Shown in pieces: positions 10,838-21,355 of a DNA stretch of 64,000 bases. The notes below the pieces were generated by a model. The model was not told the origin of the DNA. It ran no database searches and saw only the letters and a list, made by a program, of their open reading frames with translations. This DNA is from a virus. Each line of letters begins with the position of its first letter. Positions within the stretch are counted from its first letter, which is position 1. A program made the position numbers and the translations under genes. The stretch is taken from IMG/VR virus record IMGVR_UViG_3300045988_098886. One strand, 5' to 3'.

Positions 10838-13800
10838 TTGTATTCAATTTACCATTGGAGATAAGATATATAAGTTTAGGGATGTGGACTTGAAAAGGTC
10901 TGCAACCCTAGACGATATTATCACTGCAATTGCAGAAGACCCTAACTATGCTAGTCAATTGGAAGACTTAAACATAGATTTAAATAATAGAGGGGTAGAA
11001 TCTATATCTTCAACCAAAGAAATTCCAAATGATATAACAGATAGAAATACATACATAGCCGAAAACTTAATGGGAAACCTTAATCATTATGCATTAAGTC
11101 AAATCTATAAAAGGGTGGGAGTTCCTAACTCGGAGTTCTTTACTGCCTTTAAAGATATAATGGATAGAGGTAAAGGTAATAGATTGAGTTTTCTAGTAAC
11201 TGATTCTCCAACTCAAACATTTCTTGGTAATTCGAGAGATTTAGTTGTAATTAATAAGAATGATTTATATAATCAACCTAAATTACTTGGGGCATTAAGT
11301 TACGTTTATTCTCATTCCCAGTTACTTGATAATCAATCAGCTATATATAGAATAGTAGAAGATGCATACACTAAAATATTGGAATCTCCAACCAGAATAA
11401 GAGAAGAGTTACTTAATATTCCTGACAAATATTCTGCTTTAAGAAGATTGTTGTATTATACACAATCTGATATGTATGATACAAATGATGATATTGCCAA
11501 TTTAAAAATGACAATAGGAAATCATTTATTTGCAGAGGTTACTCGTAACATTCTTAGAAATAAAGACAAAGAGTTCTTTAACAATCTAAAGTTAAATCCA
11601 GTTCAATATAAGGCTTTAGAAAATCTAATTGTAAATCAAGAGCTTCCAAATTCAATTAACTTTGGAGATTATACTGTTTCTGTATCAGAACTAAATAAAT
11701 TTAGACTTGACTATATAGAAGCAGAAAGAAATCCAAAGAATGATACTCCTGACATTGATGATGATAGCATATTATTAAGACTTGCAACGTTAAATCCAAA
11801 CGGAGCTTTTGATGCTAATATGCTCCCTGCAAACAGAGAACAGAGATTAATGCTCTTATCCAATCCAATTGCAGCTTTTGTATTTGATACTTCTAATTTC
11901 AATAAGGTTTCTAAATATGTAACTAAATTTGAACAAGAAGTTGACTCCTCTATTTCCCAAGAGGAAAGAGAAGAACTTATTCAAAATAGACTTCAGAACG
12001 TTTACACTTCCTTTGGTAAGGGAAGACTTGATGTGAATGGTTATGTACTTGACCTTATTCAAGAAGCATCTACCAATAAGCTTGACTTTAAAAATGCAGA
12101 AGACATAAAAGGATTTAATACTATGTTTTATCCCAATACAAGGGTGAATATGGACGAATCTCTTACATCTAAGCCTAATAGGTTACTTAGATTTAACCAT
12201 TCCCAATCATTATCTAAGTTCTCTGAAAATGCATATAAGGTAGTATTCAATCCTAAAGTTAAGTATGTAAATGTAGTGGGCGGGTCTAATGCTCGTATTG
12301 AAATTAATCCAGACTTCAACTTAGAAGTTACAGAAGATTTTCAAGATAAAATCAGTGCATTGGAAGAAGCAGCAGTTAAAATAAACAATAGTCCTTCAAA
12401 AAGAAGAGCATTATCAGTTAAATATAATTCTGATTATGATTATTCTATTGAAGAAGGAAGTGCAAACATAAACAAAGCAATTAATTCATTTAGAAGTGTA
12501 TTTAAATATTTACAGGAAGCAGTTGATGCGAATAGAACTTTTTACTATTTAAATACTGATGGTATAGGTCAATTTTCTCAAGCAATGGTAGTAAATGCTG
12601 ACCAATTAGGAGTGACTCCAGTTGTGTTTGATGAACTTAGTAAATGGGTATACAGTAATGTAAAATCTCCTGATAAAGCTGAATGGGTTAGAACATTTAC
12701 TTCATTAATGAACTCTGCTGAATATACTGATAGTGCATTATTCAAATTCTACGATTCTCAATCATTTAAAGAGAGAGCATTTAGTTCTAAAAGAGTAGAC
12801 TCCTCTGGGAAATTATGGGAAAATCTTAATGACAGACTTACTAAAATAGAAGAAGAAAGAGGGCCATTATCACAGTTTGATATGTTAAAAGAAGGAGTTA
12901 TATCAATGATTCCTATTCTTCCACAAGGATATAATTATGCTTTAACAAGAAAGGAAGAAGGAGACATTTTCAAACTTAAGAATGAAAAGGATAAAGACCA
13001 ATTTATTAATGTAGAACTACAAAGAAAGATAGCTCTTACATATAGAAAACTTGGTGGCAGAAATATTTCTTCTCCAAGTGAGTTAATGGTTGGTGATGTT
13101 ATAAGAATAAATCCTAACGATACTTATCAAGCAGTTGTCCTAGAAGATAGACCAGAAGGTAAGTTCTGTGCTTGGGTTACAGCCAATGAAGTTCACTCTG
13201 GAGTTTTAACTAATGAAGATTTAAAGAACGTAGTTAGAACTCAATATACAGCAGAGAATAGACAAATCAGTCCAGATGTAAAAGCCTTCTACACTAATGT
13301 CGGAGTTTTTAGGACATCTGATGGAGCAGTTGACTTTAGATGGGTAAATAATGAAGCTTCCCTTCCAATATTGCATCAAATATTTGCTGATGAAATCACT
13401 GAAATATCAGAAGCAACTGGATTTACGGAAGACTTCATCAAGAGGAATTACTTAAATACTGTAAAGAGATTTCAAGTAGCAATGTTTATGGAACTTACTC
13501 CAACTACTGAAGAAATTACTTCTACTCCTAATGTAGAAACATTGTCCGATAATTTATCTACTCCTGAATTTGTAGAAGATTTAGTATCATCCTTAGCAAA
13601 AAGTGGAGTACAAGTTACTTCTTACAGAAAAGAAGAATTAAAGGAAAAATTTCCAACACTTGATAATGTTAAGGCATTTATCTATGATGGAGAAGTAATA
13701 GTAAATTCTGATTTAATGACTGATGATACTCTACTTCATGAATTATCTCACTTATTCCTAGCAGACTTAAAGAGTAGAAGTTATGATAGGTATGTAGACT

Positions 13801-14213
13801 TAGTGAGAGGAATGGAAGGTTCTGATGCTTATGATACTATTAATAATAGTAAAGCATATGATGAGCTTACATATAATGATAAGCTTGAAGAGGCCTTAGT
13901 TCATGAATTCTCTCAATATTTTACAAGAGTATTGAAAGATTACAGAGGACGTAATTTAAAGCTTGATGAAATAGAATGGGACGGAATCATTAGTGATGTT
14001 TTAAACATTGATGTAAGTGAATTCTATGATGATAATATATATACTTTAATGAGGAAAACTCTATCTGAAATACATAGCGGATATGCAATTCAGAAAACTT
14101 TATTTAATAAGTCTAATGCTCAAAAAATGGTAAAACTTAGTAATATTAAATCTTCTCTTATGAAGAACCTAAGCTCTACTGATGGATATGGATTAATTGA
14201 AATTTGCGAATAA
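10830..14213 (+). CDS. large virion or ejected protein with a zincin (HExxH) metallopeptidase motif
   Basis: 1127-aa ORF coupled to both neighbours. TLLHELSHLF (HELSH at nt 13737-13751) is followed about 50 aa later by EEALVHEF as a possible third ligand. Confidence 0.55.
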   Translation: MSNCIQFTIGDKIYKFRDVDLKRSATLDDIITAIAEDPNYASQLEDLNIDLNNRGVESISSTKEIPNDITDRNTYIAENLMGNLNHYALSQIYKRVGVPNSEFFTAFKDIMDRGKGNRLSFLVTDSPTQTFLGNSRDLVVINKNDLYNQPKLLGALSYVYSHSQLLDNQSAIYRIVEDAYTKILESPTRIREELLNIPDKYSALRRLLYYTQSDMYDTNDDIANLKMTIGNHLFAEVTRNILRNKDKEFFNNLKLNPVQYKALENLIVNQELPNSINFGDYTVSVSELNKFRLDYIEAERNPKNDTPDIDDDSILLRLATLNPNGAFDANMLPANREQRLMLLSNPIAAFVFDTSNFNKVSKYVTKFEQEVDSSISQEEREELIQNRLQNVYTSFGKGRLDVNGYVLDLIQEASTNKLDFKNAEDIKGFNTMFYPNTRVNMDESLTSKPNRLLRFNHSQSLSKFSENAYKVVFNPKVKYVNVVGGSNARIEINPDFNLEVTEDFQDKISALEEAAVKINNSPSKRRALSVKYNSDYDYSIEEGSANINKAINSFRSVFKYLQEAVDANRTFYYLNTDGIGQFSQAMVVNADQLGVTPVVFDELSKWVYSNVKSPDKAEWVRTFTSLMNSAEYTDSALFKFYDSQSFKERAFSSKRVDSSGKLWENLNDRLTKIEEERGPLSQFDMLKEGVISMIPILPQGYNYALTRKEEGDIFKLKNEKDKDQFINVELQRKIALTYRKLGGRNISSPSELMVGDVIRINPNDTYQAVVLEDRPEGKFCAWVTANEVHSGVLTNEDLKNVVRTQYTAENRQISPDVKAFYTNVGVFRTSDGAVDFRWVNNEASLPILHQIFADEITEISEATGFTEDFIKRNYLNTVKRFQVAMFMELTPTTEEITSTPNVETLSDNLSTPEFVEDLVSSLAKSGVQVTSYRKEELKEKFPTLDNVKAFIYDGEVIVNSDLMTDDTLLHELSHLFLADLKSRSYDRYVDLVRGMEGSDAYDTINNSKAYDELTYNDKLEEALVHEFSQYFTRVLKDYRGRNLKLDEIEWDGIISDVLNIDVSEFYDDNIYTLMRKTLSEIHSGYAIQKTLFNKSNAQKMVKLSNIKSSLMKNLSSTDGYGLIEICE

Positions 14214-14214
14214 A

Positions 14215-17200
14215 ATGGCGTGTAAATATACTTTAAAAATAAATAGTACTGGAAAGGTTCTTACATTCAATTCTGAAAAAGAACTTGACAACTATCTACT
14301 ATCTAACTACACTGAATTTGAAGGTATGGTTGACCATACCTTTAGATTTAGTAAAGACTACATAACTATGTTAGATACAGAACAGGTAAAATCTCAAGAT
14401 AAACTAGATAAAGATAGGAAACTTGCCTATGAAAAAGCCAAAGCAAGAAATGCTAAAAACGATGATACAATAGTAGTTAAAGGGCAAGGTGAAATGACTG
14501 ATGTCATTGAAAATGAAGAAACATATTCTGACGGATTTATATCAGTTCTAAAATTTTTATCACGTCAGAGAGGCACCTCTGCACCCCTTATTAACGCTTT
14601 CAGTAGGGAAGGGTACAAGAGGAACACCCGTATAGATAGGTCGCAAGGTAAGCCTGAAGACGTCTCTCCAGAAGAGTGGCTAAAACAGGTCGATTCCTCA
14701 ATAGACCAAGACTTTGAATACTGGGATTATTTGCAAGAAATAGGTCGTGGATTCCACTTAGTAATGGATACGGTTATAAATTCCAACTTTGATATTTCTG
14801 CTGACATGGTTGATTCTGTAATTAGTAAAAAGTTTGAAAGAGATTTCTTAGGGGGAAAGAATTTAAGTACGCTTAATGGAGTATCAACTGGGGCATTGAT
14901 GAGTTTTATTAAGGGAATTACAGCTCTAAAGAAAAATATAATCCTCAATAGTGGAAGAGGAAGAAAATTTAAGAAATTCTATACAGAATATGTGGTAGAC
15001 CACGATGGTGGGCCTGATGCGAAGCTTAGAGGTAAGATTGACTTACTTGCAGTATTTGAGGATAATGAAGGTAATCAAAGCGTTGAAATATATGACTTGA
15101 AACTTGCTACTAAACCACAAGATAGATGGGATGCTGATAAGAAAAATACTATTCAATATCAGCTTGGTTTCTACAAAAGAATGTTACAAGCCAAAGGAAT
15201 TGCGGCAAGAAATATATCTACTAAAATTATCCCAGTTCTTATTGAAGGAGACAAAATACTCCACAAGATTGATAAAGTATCAGTCGGAGAACCAGAAGTT
15301 TATCTTCCTAATATTGGACAAAAAGCTAATATTGACGAAATAATTAAAATACCTATTGGTACAGAAAATTTATCTAATCCATTAGAAAATACAGTATCAG
15401 AAAGAATGAGTAAGTTCTTCCCAATGAGTAAAATCAATCCTACTGATATTGTAGACTTTGATATGTTATTTGCTTCTCAAGTACATATTGATAAAAATAC
15501 TGGAGAGTACTGGTTTAGAGATGTTACTAAATCAACTAATGAAAAGGGAGAAATAAGAAGAGCTACTAAAGAAGAAGCGGAAGCTGCATTTGAGGACTAT
15601 CTAGTAAGAAAACTAGAGCATGATAACGATGTAACTCTCGCTATTACTAACAATCTTAAATATAATCTTGATAAGGTAAATGGCTTTGGTGGAAAGAACT
15701 TTAATCCTACAAGGACAGGTTTACAGATTGTTCCAGCTAATACATACGAACCTAAGCTTGGATTGTTTGAAGCAAACTTATCCAAATACAAAAATGAGCC
15801 AGGATGGAACATAATTAGTAATGATGCTCTTACTAATATGAATGTTATTCTTCTTATTAATGAGACAAGAAAAGAAATGGATTTAATTTCTATTGCTTCT
15901 CATGACCTTAATAGTACTATTAATCTAGGTAAGGGTAATAATATTTTTGGAAGATTTAAATCTGATAGAGAAGTAGAACTTGACAAACAAGTAATTAAAG
16001 CCACGGTTGGTAATGTAGAGCTTATGAAACTGCTTTCTATTGCCAATGCTTTTCAAGAAACCGACTTAGGTTCTTATACTATCGGAGAAATGAAGGTAGT
16101 TAATATTGGTAAGAGTGAATATCTTTCTTCCTATTTAAATCAAGAGAAAATAAATCATGCCTTTAATACTCTATCTGAATTATCTGGACAAAGTAAAGGA
16201 AACACATTGAAGTTTACTGATGAGTTTGATATAGCGTGGAGAACCTTTAACAATATCATGAATTATGGAACCTATGAAAATAGGGATAGACTTGATAAAA
16301 TTGCTAAAACGTTATCAATAGATGGAGATATTACATCATTTGATAAACAAGCGAAGATGGACATCCTTACAAGAATGTTCAAGGAACTTCAAGCTAGATA
16401 TTTCTCTACTAATGCATCTGCTGATATTTCTAATCCTATTGCATATTTATTTTTACAAGTATCTAATGCTTTGGCTAAATATGGAAACACTACCATTGAT
16501 ATCTATAATGAAGAACTTTGGGCAAAGAACTTTGGTAATCTGGCGGAGCAGTGGAAAAGGGGAGAATTATTTAATGGTACTTACTTAAATACTATTGATA
16601 CAATCCCAATTGTAAAATCAGTTGCTCATAGATTGGCAGAAACCAACAGAAATATCACTAATTTATATGGTAATTATAAGAACAAAGATAGAGCTATAAC
16701 CAATAAGTTCTATCAGGAATCTGGACAAGGTTTCGTAGGGAAGACCATTATCAATGATTCAACAATTCGTTTTAAAAGATTACTTGACCAATCTGATTCT
16801 GGAAAGAGAAAGTTTATGGTTAAGAATCCATATGATATGTCTACTGATTTAAATCCAGCAGAAAGAAACTATTTAAAATATTGGCTAGAGGATTTAAATA
16901 ATAGAAGATATCCAGGACAGGATAGAGCAGAAGTTGGAGAAAGATACTTTGAAATACCTTTATTAAGAGGTTCCTCATTCTCTAAAATAACTAACGGTAA
17001 GAATCCTCTAGTTACTTATAAAGAAGATGGCTCTTTAGAAATGGTAAACCCAAGAATGACCACAACAGCTCAAGAAGAATACTTATCTACTGATGCTTTA
17101 AAGAACCTTGTAGAAATGTATAACGTGTTTGATATTTCTAATTCAGTAGGGGGAAGAGAAAGACTTCTTTCCGATACTAATGGTAAACCGGAGCAAACAT

Positions 17201-18840
17201 ACGAAACTAACCTTGAGCATATTAAGGATATGTATGTATTCTCTGATATTAGAAAAAAAGAAATGGATACAGTCCTTCCTGCCATTAATGCAGCAATCAT
17301 TTCTCTTCAATTTACACAGAGACTTTCTAATAAAGATGCCCAAGCAACTATCGACTTCTTGAATGATTATATTAAGTCAGCTGTGTTTGATGAATCTTTA
17401 ATTGATAAAGAAAGTAGGGGAACATTCAGAACTTTAGGAATGTTAAAGTCAGTATCTACCAAATTTATTCTTGGTTTTAACTACTTATCAGGAGCTAAAG
17501 AAACTATTACTGGATTCTTTAATCTTTATGAAAGAGCAGTAGCTAACAGTTTACTTGATAAAGACAAGATAGGATTAAAGGATATGACTTCCGCTTATAC
17601 TACTGTTTGGGTTGATTCTGTAAGACAGATAAGCACAATTACTATCTTAGAGCACTTAAACTGGCAATATAGAATGGCTAACGTGGATATGAATGCATTA
17701 GTTAATAGAATGAACTACGAAAAGACTGATGGATTCAGATTTAATGACAGAATGTTCTGGGCTAATAGAGCTCCCGACTTCTTATCAAGAATGACAATCC
17801 TTATTGGCTATATGAAGAAACATGGTTGTTATGATGCACATGAATATAAGAACGGAGAAGTAACTTACAATTGGAAGAAAGATAAGAGATTTAGTCTTCT
17901 TGCAAATCCAAATGCTGACACTAATTCATCTGACTGGCAATATCAAAGGTCTTTATATAACGCTATGATGGAAACTTTCTTTGAAGAAAATTATAAAGTT
18001 CCGAATGCTGACGGAACTTCAAGATTCCTATCAAGAGAAAAGGATTCAAGAGGAGTTTATAAAGAAGCTCTTCCTCAAGCATATACTACTTTGGAAGCTA
18101 ATATGATTAAACAAGAATCTGATGGTATATTTGGATATATGGACCACGATACTAAGTCTTTATATCTAAAGAAAGGAATGTTTATATTCCTTCACCAATT
18201 CCAGACTTTCTTGTCAGCAAAGAAAAACCAATACTTCCTAAAAAGAGGCACTTACGACCAAGGTCATTGGGTTCAGGTAACTGATGATGCAGGAAATAAG
18301 CTTTATTGGGATACTGTTCAAGACAACGAAGGTAACACCATTAGAGTTAAAACTACAGAAAATACTGGAGACCCAATTGTGGATTGGCAAGGTAAAATCA
18401 TGGAAGGAATCGCATGGTCACTTAGAGACTTGTTTAACTTTACTAAGCCAGAGAGAATGAAGGATGCGTGGAGAGACCCTGTAAAAAGAAGAAATCTCCT
18501 ATTAGCTTTAGAAGATGGGGCTATTATAGGAATTATTTATTTAATGCTTGCTTTATTATTTGGAGATAAAGATGCAAAAGCTATGTCAAACACTGAACAA
18601 GCTATCGCAAGAATAGCAAGAAATGTAGGCGGAGAATTTAATATGTTTGCAATCTTTAATGGGGCTGTAGACTTTAAGATGCCTATGTATCAATTCTATA
18701 GTGGATTGTTCGAAGATGGAGTTAAAGTAGCATCCGGTGATATGCATGTATTAAGATTCTTTACTGATAATACTGGAGCATTCAGACCTCTTAAACCAAC
18801 TGTTATAGATAACTTTAAAGCACCTAACGCTAACGAGTAA
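14215..18840 (+). CDS. large 1541-aa virion or ejected protein with N-terminal RecB-like PD-(D/E)xK nuclease motifs and a C-terminal hydrophobic helix
   Basis: The track start 14197 is TTG; the first ATG (14215) follows the upstream TAA directly. Motifs: GKIDLLAV (D at 15040-15042), VEIYDLK (15085-15102), QLGFY (15160-15174). Hydrophobic segment LLLALEDGAIIGIIYLMLALLFG near the C-terminus. Confidence 0.55.
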   Translation: MACKYTLKINSTGKVLTFNSEKELDNYLLSNYTEFEGMVDHTFRFSKDYITMLDTEQVKSQDKLDKDRKLAYEKAKARNAKNDDTIVVKGQGEMTDVIENEETYSDGFISVLKFLSRQRGTSAPLINAFSREGYKRNTRIDRSQGKPEDVSPEEWLKQVDSSIDQDFEYWDYLQEIGRGFHLVMDTVINSNFDISADMVDSVISKKFERDFLGGKNLSTLNGVSTGALMSFIKGITALKKNIILNSGRGRKFKKFYTEYVVDHDGGPDAKLRGKIDLLAVFEDNEGNQSVEIYDLKLATKPQDRWDADKKNTIQYQLGFYKRMLQAKGIAARNISTKIIPVLIEGDKILHKIDKVSVGEPEVYLPNIGQKANIDEIIKIPIGTENLSNPLENTVSERMSKFFPMSKINPTDIVDFDMLFASQVHIDKNTGEYWFRDVTKSTNEKGEIRRATKEEAEAAFEDYLVRKLEHDNDVTLAITNNLKYNLDKVNGFGGKNFNPTRTGLQIVPANTYEPKLGLFEANLSKYKNEPGWNIISNDALTNMNVILLINETRKEMDLISIASHDLNSTINLGKGNNIFGRFKSDREVELDKQVIKATVGNVELMKLLSIANAFQETDLGSYTIGEMKVVNIGKSEYLSSYLNQEKINHAFNTLSELSGQSKGNTLKFTDEFDIAWRTFNNIMNYGTYENRDRLDKIAKTLSIDGDITSFDKQAKMDILTRMFKELQARYFSTNASADISNPIAYLFLQVSNALAKYGNTTIDIYNEELWAKNFGNLAEQWKRGELFNGTYLNTIDTIPIVKSVAHRLAETNRNITNLYGNYKNKDRAITNKFYQESGQGFVGKTIINDSTIRFKRLLDQSDSGKRKFMVKNPYDMSTDLNPAERNYLKYWLEDLNNRRYPGQDRAEVGERYFEIPLLRGSSFSKITNGKNPLVTYKEDGSLEMVNPRMTTTAQEEYLSTDALKNLVEMYNVFDISNSVGGRERLLSDTNGKPEQTYETNLEHIKDMYVFSDIRKKEMDTVLPAINAAIISLQFTQRLSNKDAQATIDFLNDYIKSAVFDESLIDKESRGTFRTLGMLKSVSTKFILGFNYLSGAKETITGFFNLYERAVANSLLDKDKIGLKDMTSAYTTVWVDSVRQISTITILEHLNWQYRMANVDMNALVNRMNYEKTDGFRFNDRMFWANRAPDFLSRMTILIGYMKKHGCYDAHEYKNGEVTYNWKKDKRFSLLANPNADTNSSDWQYQRSLYNAMMETFFEENYKVPNADGTSRFLSREKDSRGVYKEALPQAYTTLEANMIKQESDGIFGYMDHDTKSLYLKKGMFIFLHQFQTFLSAKKNQYFLKRGTYDQGHWVQVTDDAGNKLYWDTVQDNEGNTIRVKTTENTGDPIVDWQGKIMEGIAWSLRDLFNFTKPERMKDAWRDPVKRRNLLLALEDGAIIGIIYLMLALLFGDKDAKAMSNTEQAIARIARNVGGEFNMFAIFNGAVDFKMPMYQFYSGLFEDGVKVASGDMHVLRFFTDNTGAFRPLKPTVIDNFKAPNANE

Positions 18841-18852
18841 ATGAAAAAAAAA

Positions 18853-18898
18853 TAAGGGCGCCAATCAAGTAGTTTTACCTACCTGACTGACGCCCTTA
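18853..18898. terminator. convergent (bidirectional) hairpin terminator between the plus-strand virion block and the minus-strand block
   Basis: TAAGGGCG (18853-18860) pairs with CGCCCTTA (18891-18898). An inner imperfect stem pairs TCAAGTAG with CTACCTGA. An A-run lies upstream and TTTTA downstream. It sits in the only gap between convergent genes. Confidence 0.6.
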
Positions 18899-18902
18899 AA
18901 TT

Positions 18903-19559
18903 TTATCGTTCTAACATGTTCATAGTATCATCATAAGCTAATGTTATAGCTTTAACGTAATATTTCATATCCAAATTGTTTTCGATTATTATATCGACTC
19001 TTATACTATCAATAAGTTTCTCACTTATGTGATTTCCTGCTCCACTACCGTCTCGTTCTATTTTCCATAAAACTCCACCAGCATTTCGTATAGCATCTGC
19101 TTCATTTGGAAACCTGACATCTGGAATAATCCAGTGACTTTCTTTATCCCGACCATAGCTATACATTAACGCCTTTATCCATAAGTCTTTATCAATATTT
19201 CTTCCTACTTCTGTTCCAAAGTATTGAAGAAATTCTCTATTGGTCATGGGCTCTCCCTCTTTATTAGATAAAGGCAGTGTAGTAAAAGATTCTTTGAAGG
19301 AATTATATTCAAAACTTTCCCTACTTACCCCAAGTATCAGTGACGCACATTCTTTTAATTTATCAGCAAATGCATGCTTTTCCCATCTACAACCCATTAC
19401 AATAGTCTCGCTGTTTAGGTTTTCTAAAACAAAATCTTCTTCTGAAATTTTTAGTCGTTCTTCGTCTCCCAATAAGTATCTATAGTAGTCTACTAATTGT
19501 ACTATTTTACACGCAGTATCCTTCCCTGATTGGGCTTTTCCTGTTATTCCAATTATCAT
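18903..19559 (-). CDS. deoxynucleoside monophosphate kinase (T4 gp1-like)
   Basis: N-terminal P-loop IGITGKAQSGKDT and a later IPDVRFPNEADAIR block, typical of the phage dNMP kinase family. Confidence 0.7.
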   Translation of the reverse strand: MIIGITGKAQSGKDTACKIVQLVDYYRYLLGDEERLKISEEDFVLENLNSETIVMGCRWEKHAFADKLKECASLILGVSRESFEYNSFKESFTTLPLSNKEGEPMTNREFLQYFGTEVGRNIDKDLWIKALMYSYGRDKESHWIIPDVRFPNEADAIRNAGGVLWKIERDGSGAGNHISEKLIDSIRVDIIIENNLDMKYYVKAITLAYDDTMNMLER

Positions 19560-19774
19560 TTCATGTAGTATTTTAGTTCATTAAGAACAAAAGTAGGGTC
19601 TAGATACGGCATCTTTTCCCTAATTTTGTTATATTGCTCGACAAGTTCTTTTTTGTCAGCTATCTCATCAGAAAACCCTAAGAAACCGTCACTATCTGAC
19701 TTAAGAATAAGTCTATGAATTTCACATGAAATTGCAAAGAGTATCGGGTCTGACGTCTCAAGATTGTTCATCAT
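19556..19774 (-). CDS. hypothetical protein
   Basis: 72-aa ORF with 4-nt overlaps to both neighbours. Confidence 0.5.
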   Translation of the reverse strand: MMNNLETSDPILFAISCEIHRLILKSDSDGFLGFSDEIADKKELVEQYNKIREKMPYLDPTFVLNELKYYMK

Positions 19775-20232
19775 ACAACATACGATTTTACTAAGTCGGA
19801 AATTTGTTTACCGTCTGCAGCAGGGAACTTATCTTTCATTCCTTTAATTATTGTTCCCATATTCTTCTTTGGAATTACAAGGCTGTCAATTTTGTCTGAC
19901 ATTCTATAAATTGAAGCAAGGTCAAATAGGCCTGCACGTAACTGCTCTTCCCCAGGAATTTCGGGAAGGAATTCATTTAAGATAAGAGATTCTTGCATCT
20001 CTATGTCATACAAGTCTTGTCTTCCTGCCATACGGTATTGTTCAGCATTATCGATGCGCTGGTCTCTCAACTTCTTAATAATAGCAATCTCTGTTGCCTT
20101 ATCAAGAGGTTTTGCATTCTTTTGTGTTTCATGAACCAGAAACGCAGTTTTAATTGCCCTAAGAACTTCAGTACGAGTTCTTGTCTTTGCCTTCATTGAT
20201 TCTTTAATCAATTCATCAATATCCTCTCTCAT
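19771..20232 (-). CDS. GatB/YqeY-domain protein
   Basis: IKESMKAKTRTRTEVLRAIKTAF ... KKLRDQRIDNAEQYRMAGRQDLYDIEMQE ... LNEFLPE is colinear with the YqeY family pattern. Confidence 0.65.
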   Translation of the reverse strand: MREDIDELIKESMKAKTRTRTEVLRAIKTAFLVHETQKNAKPLDKATEIAIIKKLRDQRIDNAEQYRMAGRQDLYDIEMQESLILNEFLPEIPGEEQLRAGLFDLASIYRMSDKIDSLVIPKKNMGTIIKGMKDKFPAADGKQISDLVKSYVV

Positions 20233-20422
20233 TTTCTTCTAATATGTTTAAAGTTATACCTCCTATACCCATTAACAGTATGGCAGAGACGCATACTCCA
20301 AACCATACATTAAGTGAATATGTAAATGCTAAAAATAATGCCACTAGGGTTATACCTCCTATCCCAATGGCCCCGAGTGCAAAAAATAATGCTATTCGTT
20401 TTCGTAAATCTTCTTTATCCAT
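20216..20422 (-). CDS. small membrane protein (two predicted TM helices)
   Basis: Hydrophobic stretches FFALGAIGIGGITLVALFLAF and FGVCVSAILLMGIGGITL; coupled to neighbours. Confidence 0.5.
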   Translation of the reverse strand: MDKEDLRKRIALFFALGAIGIGGITLVALFLAFTYSLNVWFGVCVSAILLMGIGGITLNILEENERGY

Positions 20423-20804
20423 TTTTCTTTATAGTATGTCTTCTTTTGATATTTTGAGCAGTGCCACTATTCCAACGGCCTTCCCTGACATAAGCAATAT
20501 CAACATCTGACACTCTTGTCATTGCCGCGTCTCTATCTTCGTCAGTCTTGTAATATCCCATATAACTTATCATTGATTCATCTTTGGGAGTATTTCTGGG
20601 ATTTTCAAACATGTGATATATTGTTAAACCACATGGAAGGTTTTCTGTTATAAAGTCCATAGCCATCTTATCTACTCCTTCATAATCACCTACCACAAAT
20701 CCTTCAAAATCTTGATTGTGGTAGGCAGAGTAAATAGCTGGAACGTAGTACTTCTTAAATTCTTCTTCTGTAATGTCTCTATGTCCGCTTATAAAATATA
20801 TCAT
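20415..20804 (-). CDS. SLOG/DUF2493-like nucleotide-binding protein (tentative)
   Basis: MIYFISGHRD start, VVGDYEGVDKMAMDF and C-terminal GRWNSGTAQNIKR resemble the SLOG (Smf/DprA-LOG) layout recalled from memory. Confidence 0.4.
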   Translation of the reverse strand: MIYFISGHRDITEEEFKKYYVPAIYSAYHNQDFEGFVVGDYEGVDKMAMDFITENLPCGLTIYHMFENPRNTPKDESMISYMGYYKTDEDRDAAMTRVSDVDIAYVREGRWNSGTAQNIKRRHTIKKNG

Positions 20805-21355
20805 GGAACTATTTGTGCGTCTAAGTCTTTTTCAAAGACGTTAATATTATACCAAGAGATTGCCTCAAGGATTCTATCTTCATGGTTAAATGCCCATTTG
20901 TATTTTGAAATATCTCTTATAGGAACCCATTGGATAGTTTTTACTTCATTTTTCTCACCATCTCCATTCAATACAGCTTCCATAGAAGTAGATACATTAT
21001 CTTTTCCGTATTTAAGAATGGTCATATAACGTAATGTTACATTGCCGTTATTACAGTGTTCTGGGTCTGTCTCAACTCCAAATAAAGCCCATTTAGATGG
21101 GTCAATTTTAACTCCAGTTTCTTCAAATGCTTCACGAGAGCAGGCTTCTTCCGCTTTTTCCATATCTAGAAAACCGCAAGGACAGTTCCAATAACCTTGG
21201 AAATCGGGAGTTCCTTCTCCTCTTTGGTTAGCCAAGACACACCATTCACCCTTGATTTTACAAAATGCGAATGCAGCAACTGCACAATATCGACCAGACC
21301 ATAAGGTCTTGCCAGCATGTTCTCCTTCTTCAATTGTATAACTCCAATTTCTCAT
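20801..21355 (-). CDS. Nudix hydrolase (possible ADP-ribose or NAD-related pyrophosphatase)
   Basis: Nudix box GFLDMEKAEEACSREAFEETGV fits GX5EX7REUXEEXGU. The substrate is inferred only from the NAD-gene neighbourhood. Confidence 0.8.
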   Translation of the reverse strand: MRNWSYTIEEGEHAGKTLWSGRYCAVAAFAFCKIKGEWCVLANQRGEGTPDFQGYWNCPCGFLDMEKAEEACSREAFEETGVKIDPSKWALFGVETDPEHCNNGNVTLRYMTILKYGKDNVSTSMEAVLNGDGEKNEVKTIQWVPIRDISKYKWAFNHEDRILEAISWYNINVFEKDLDAQIVP

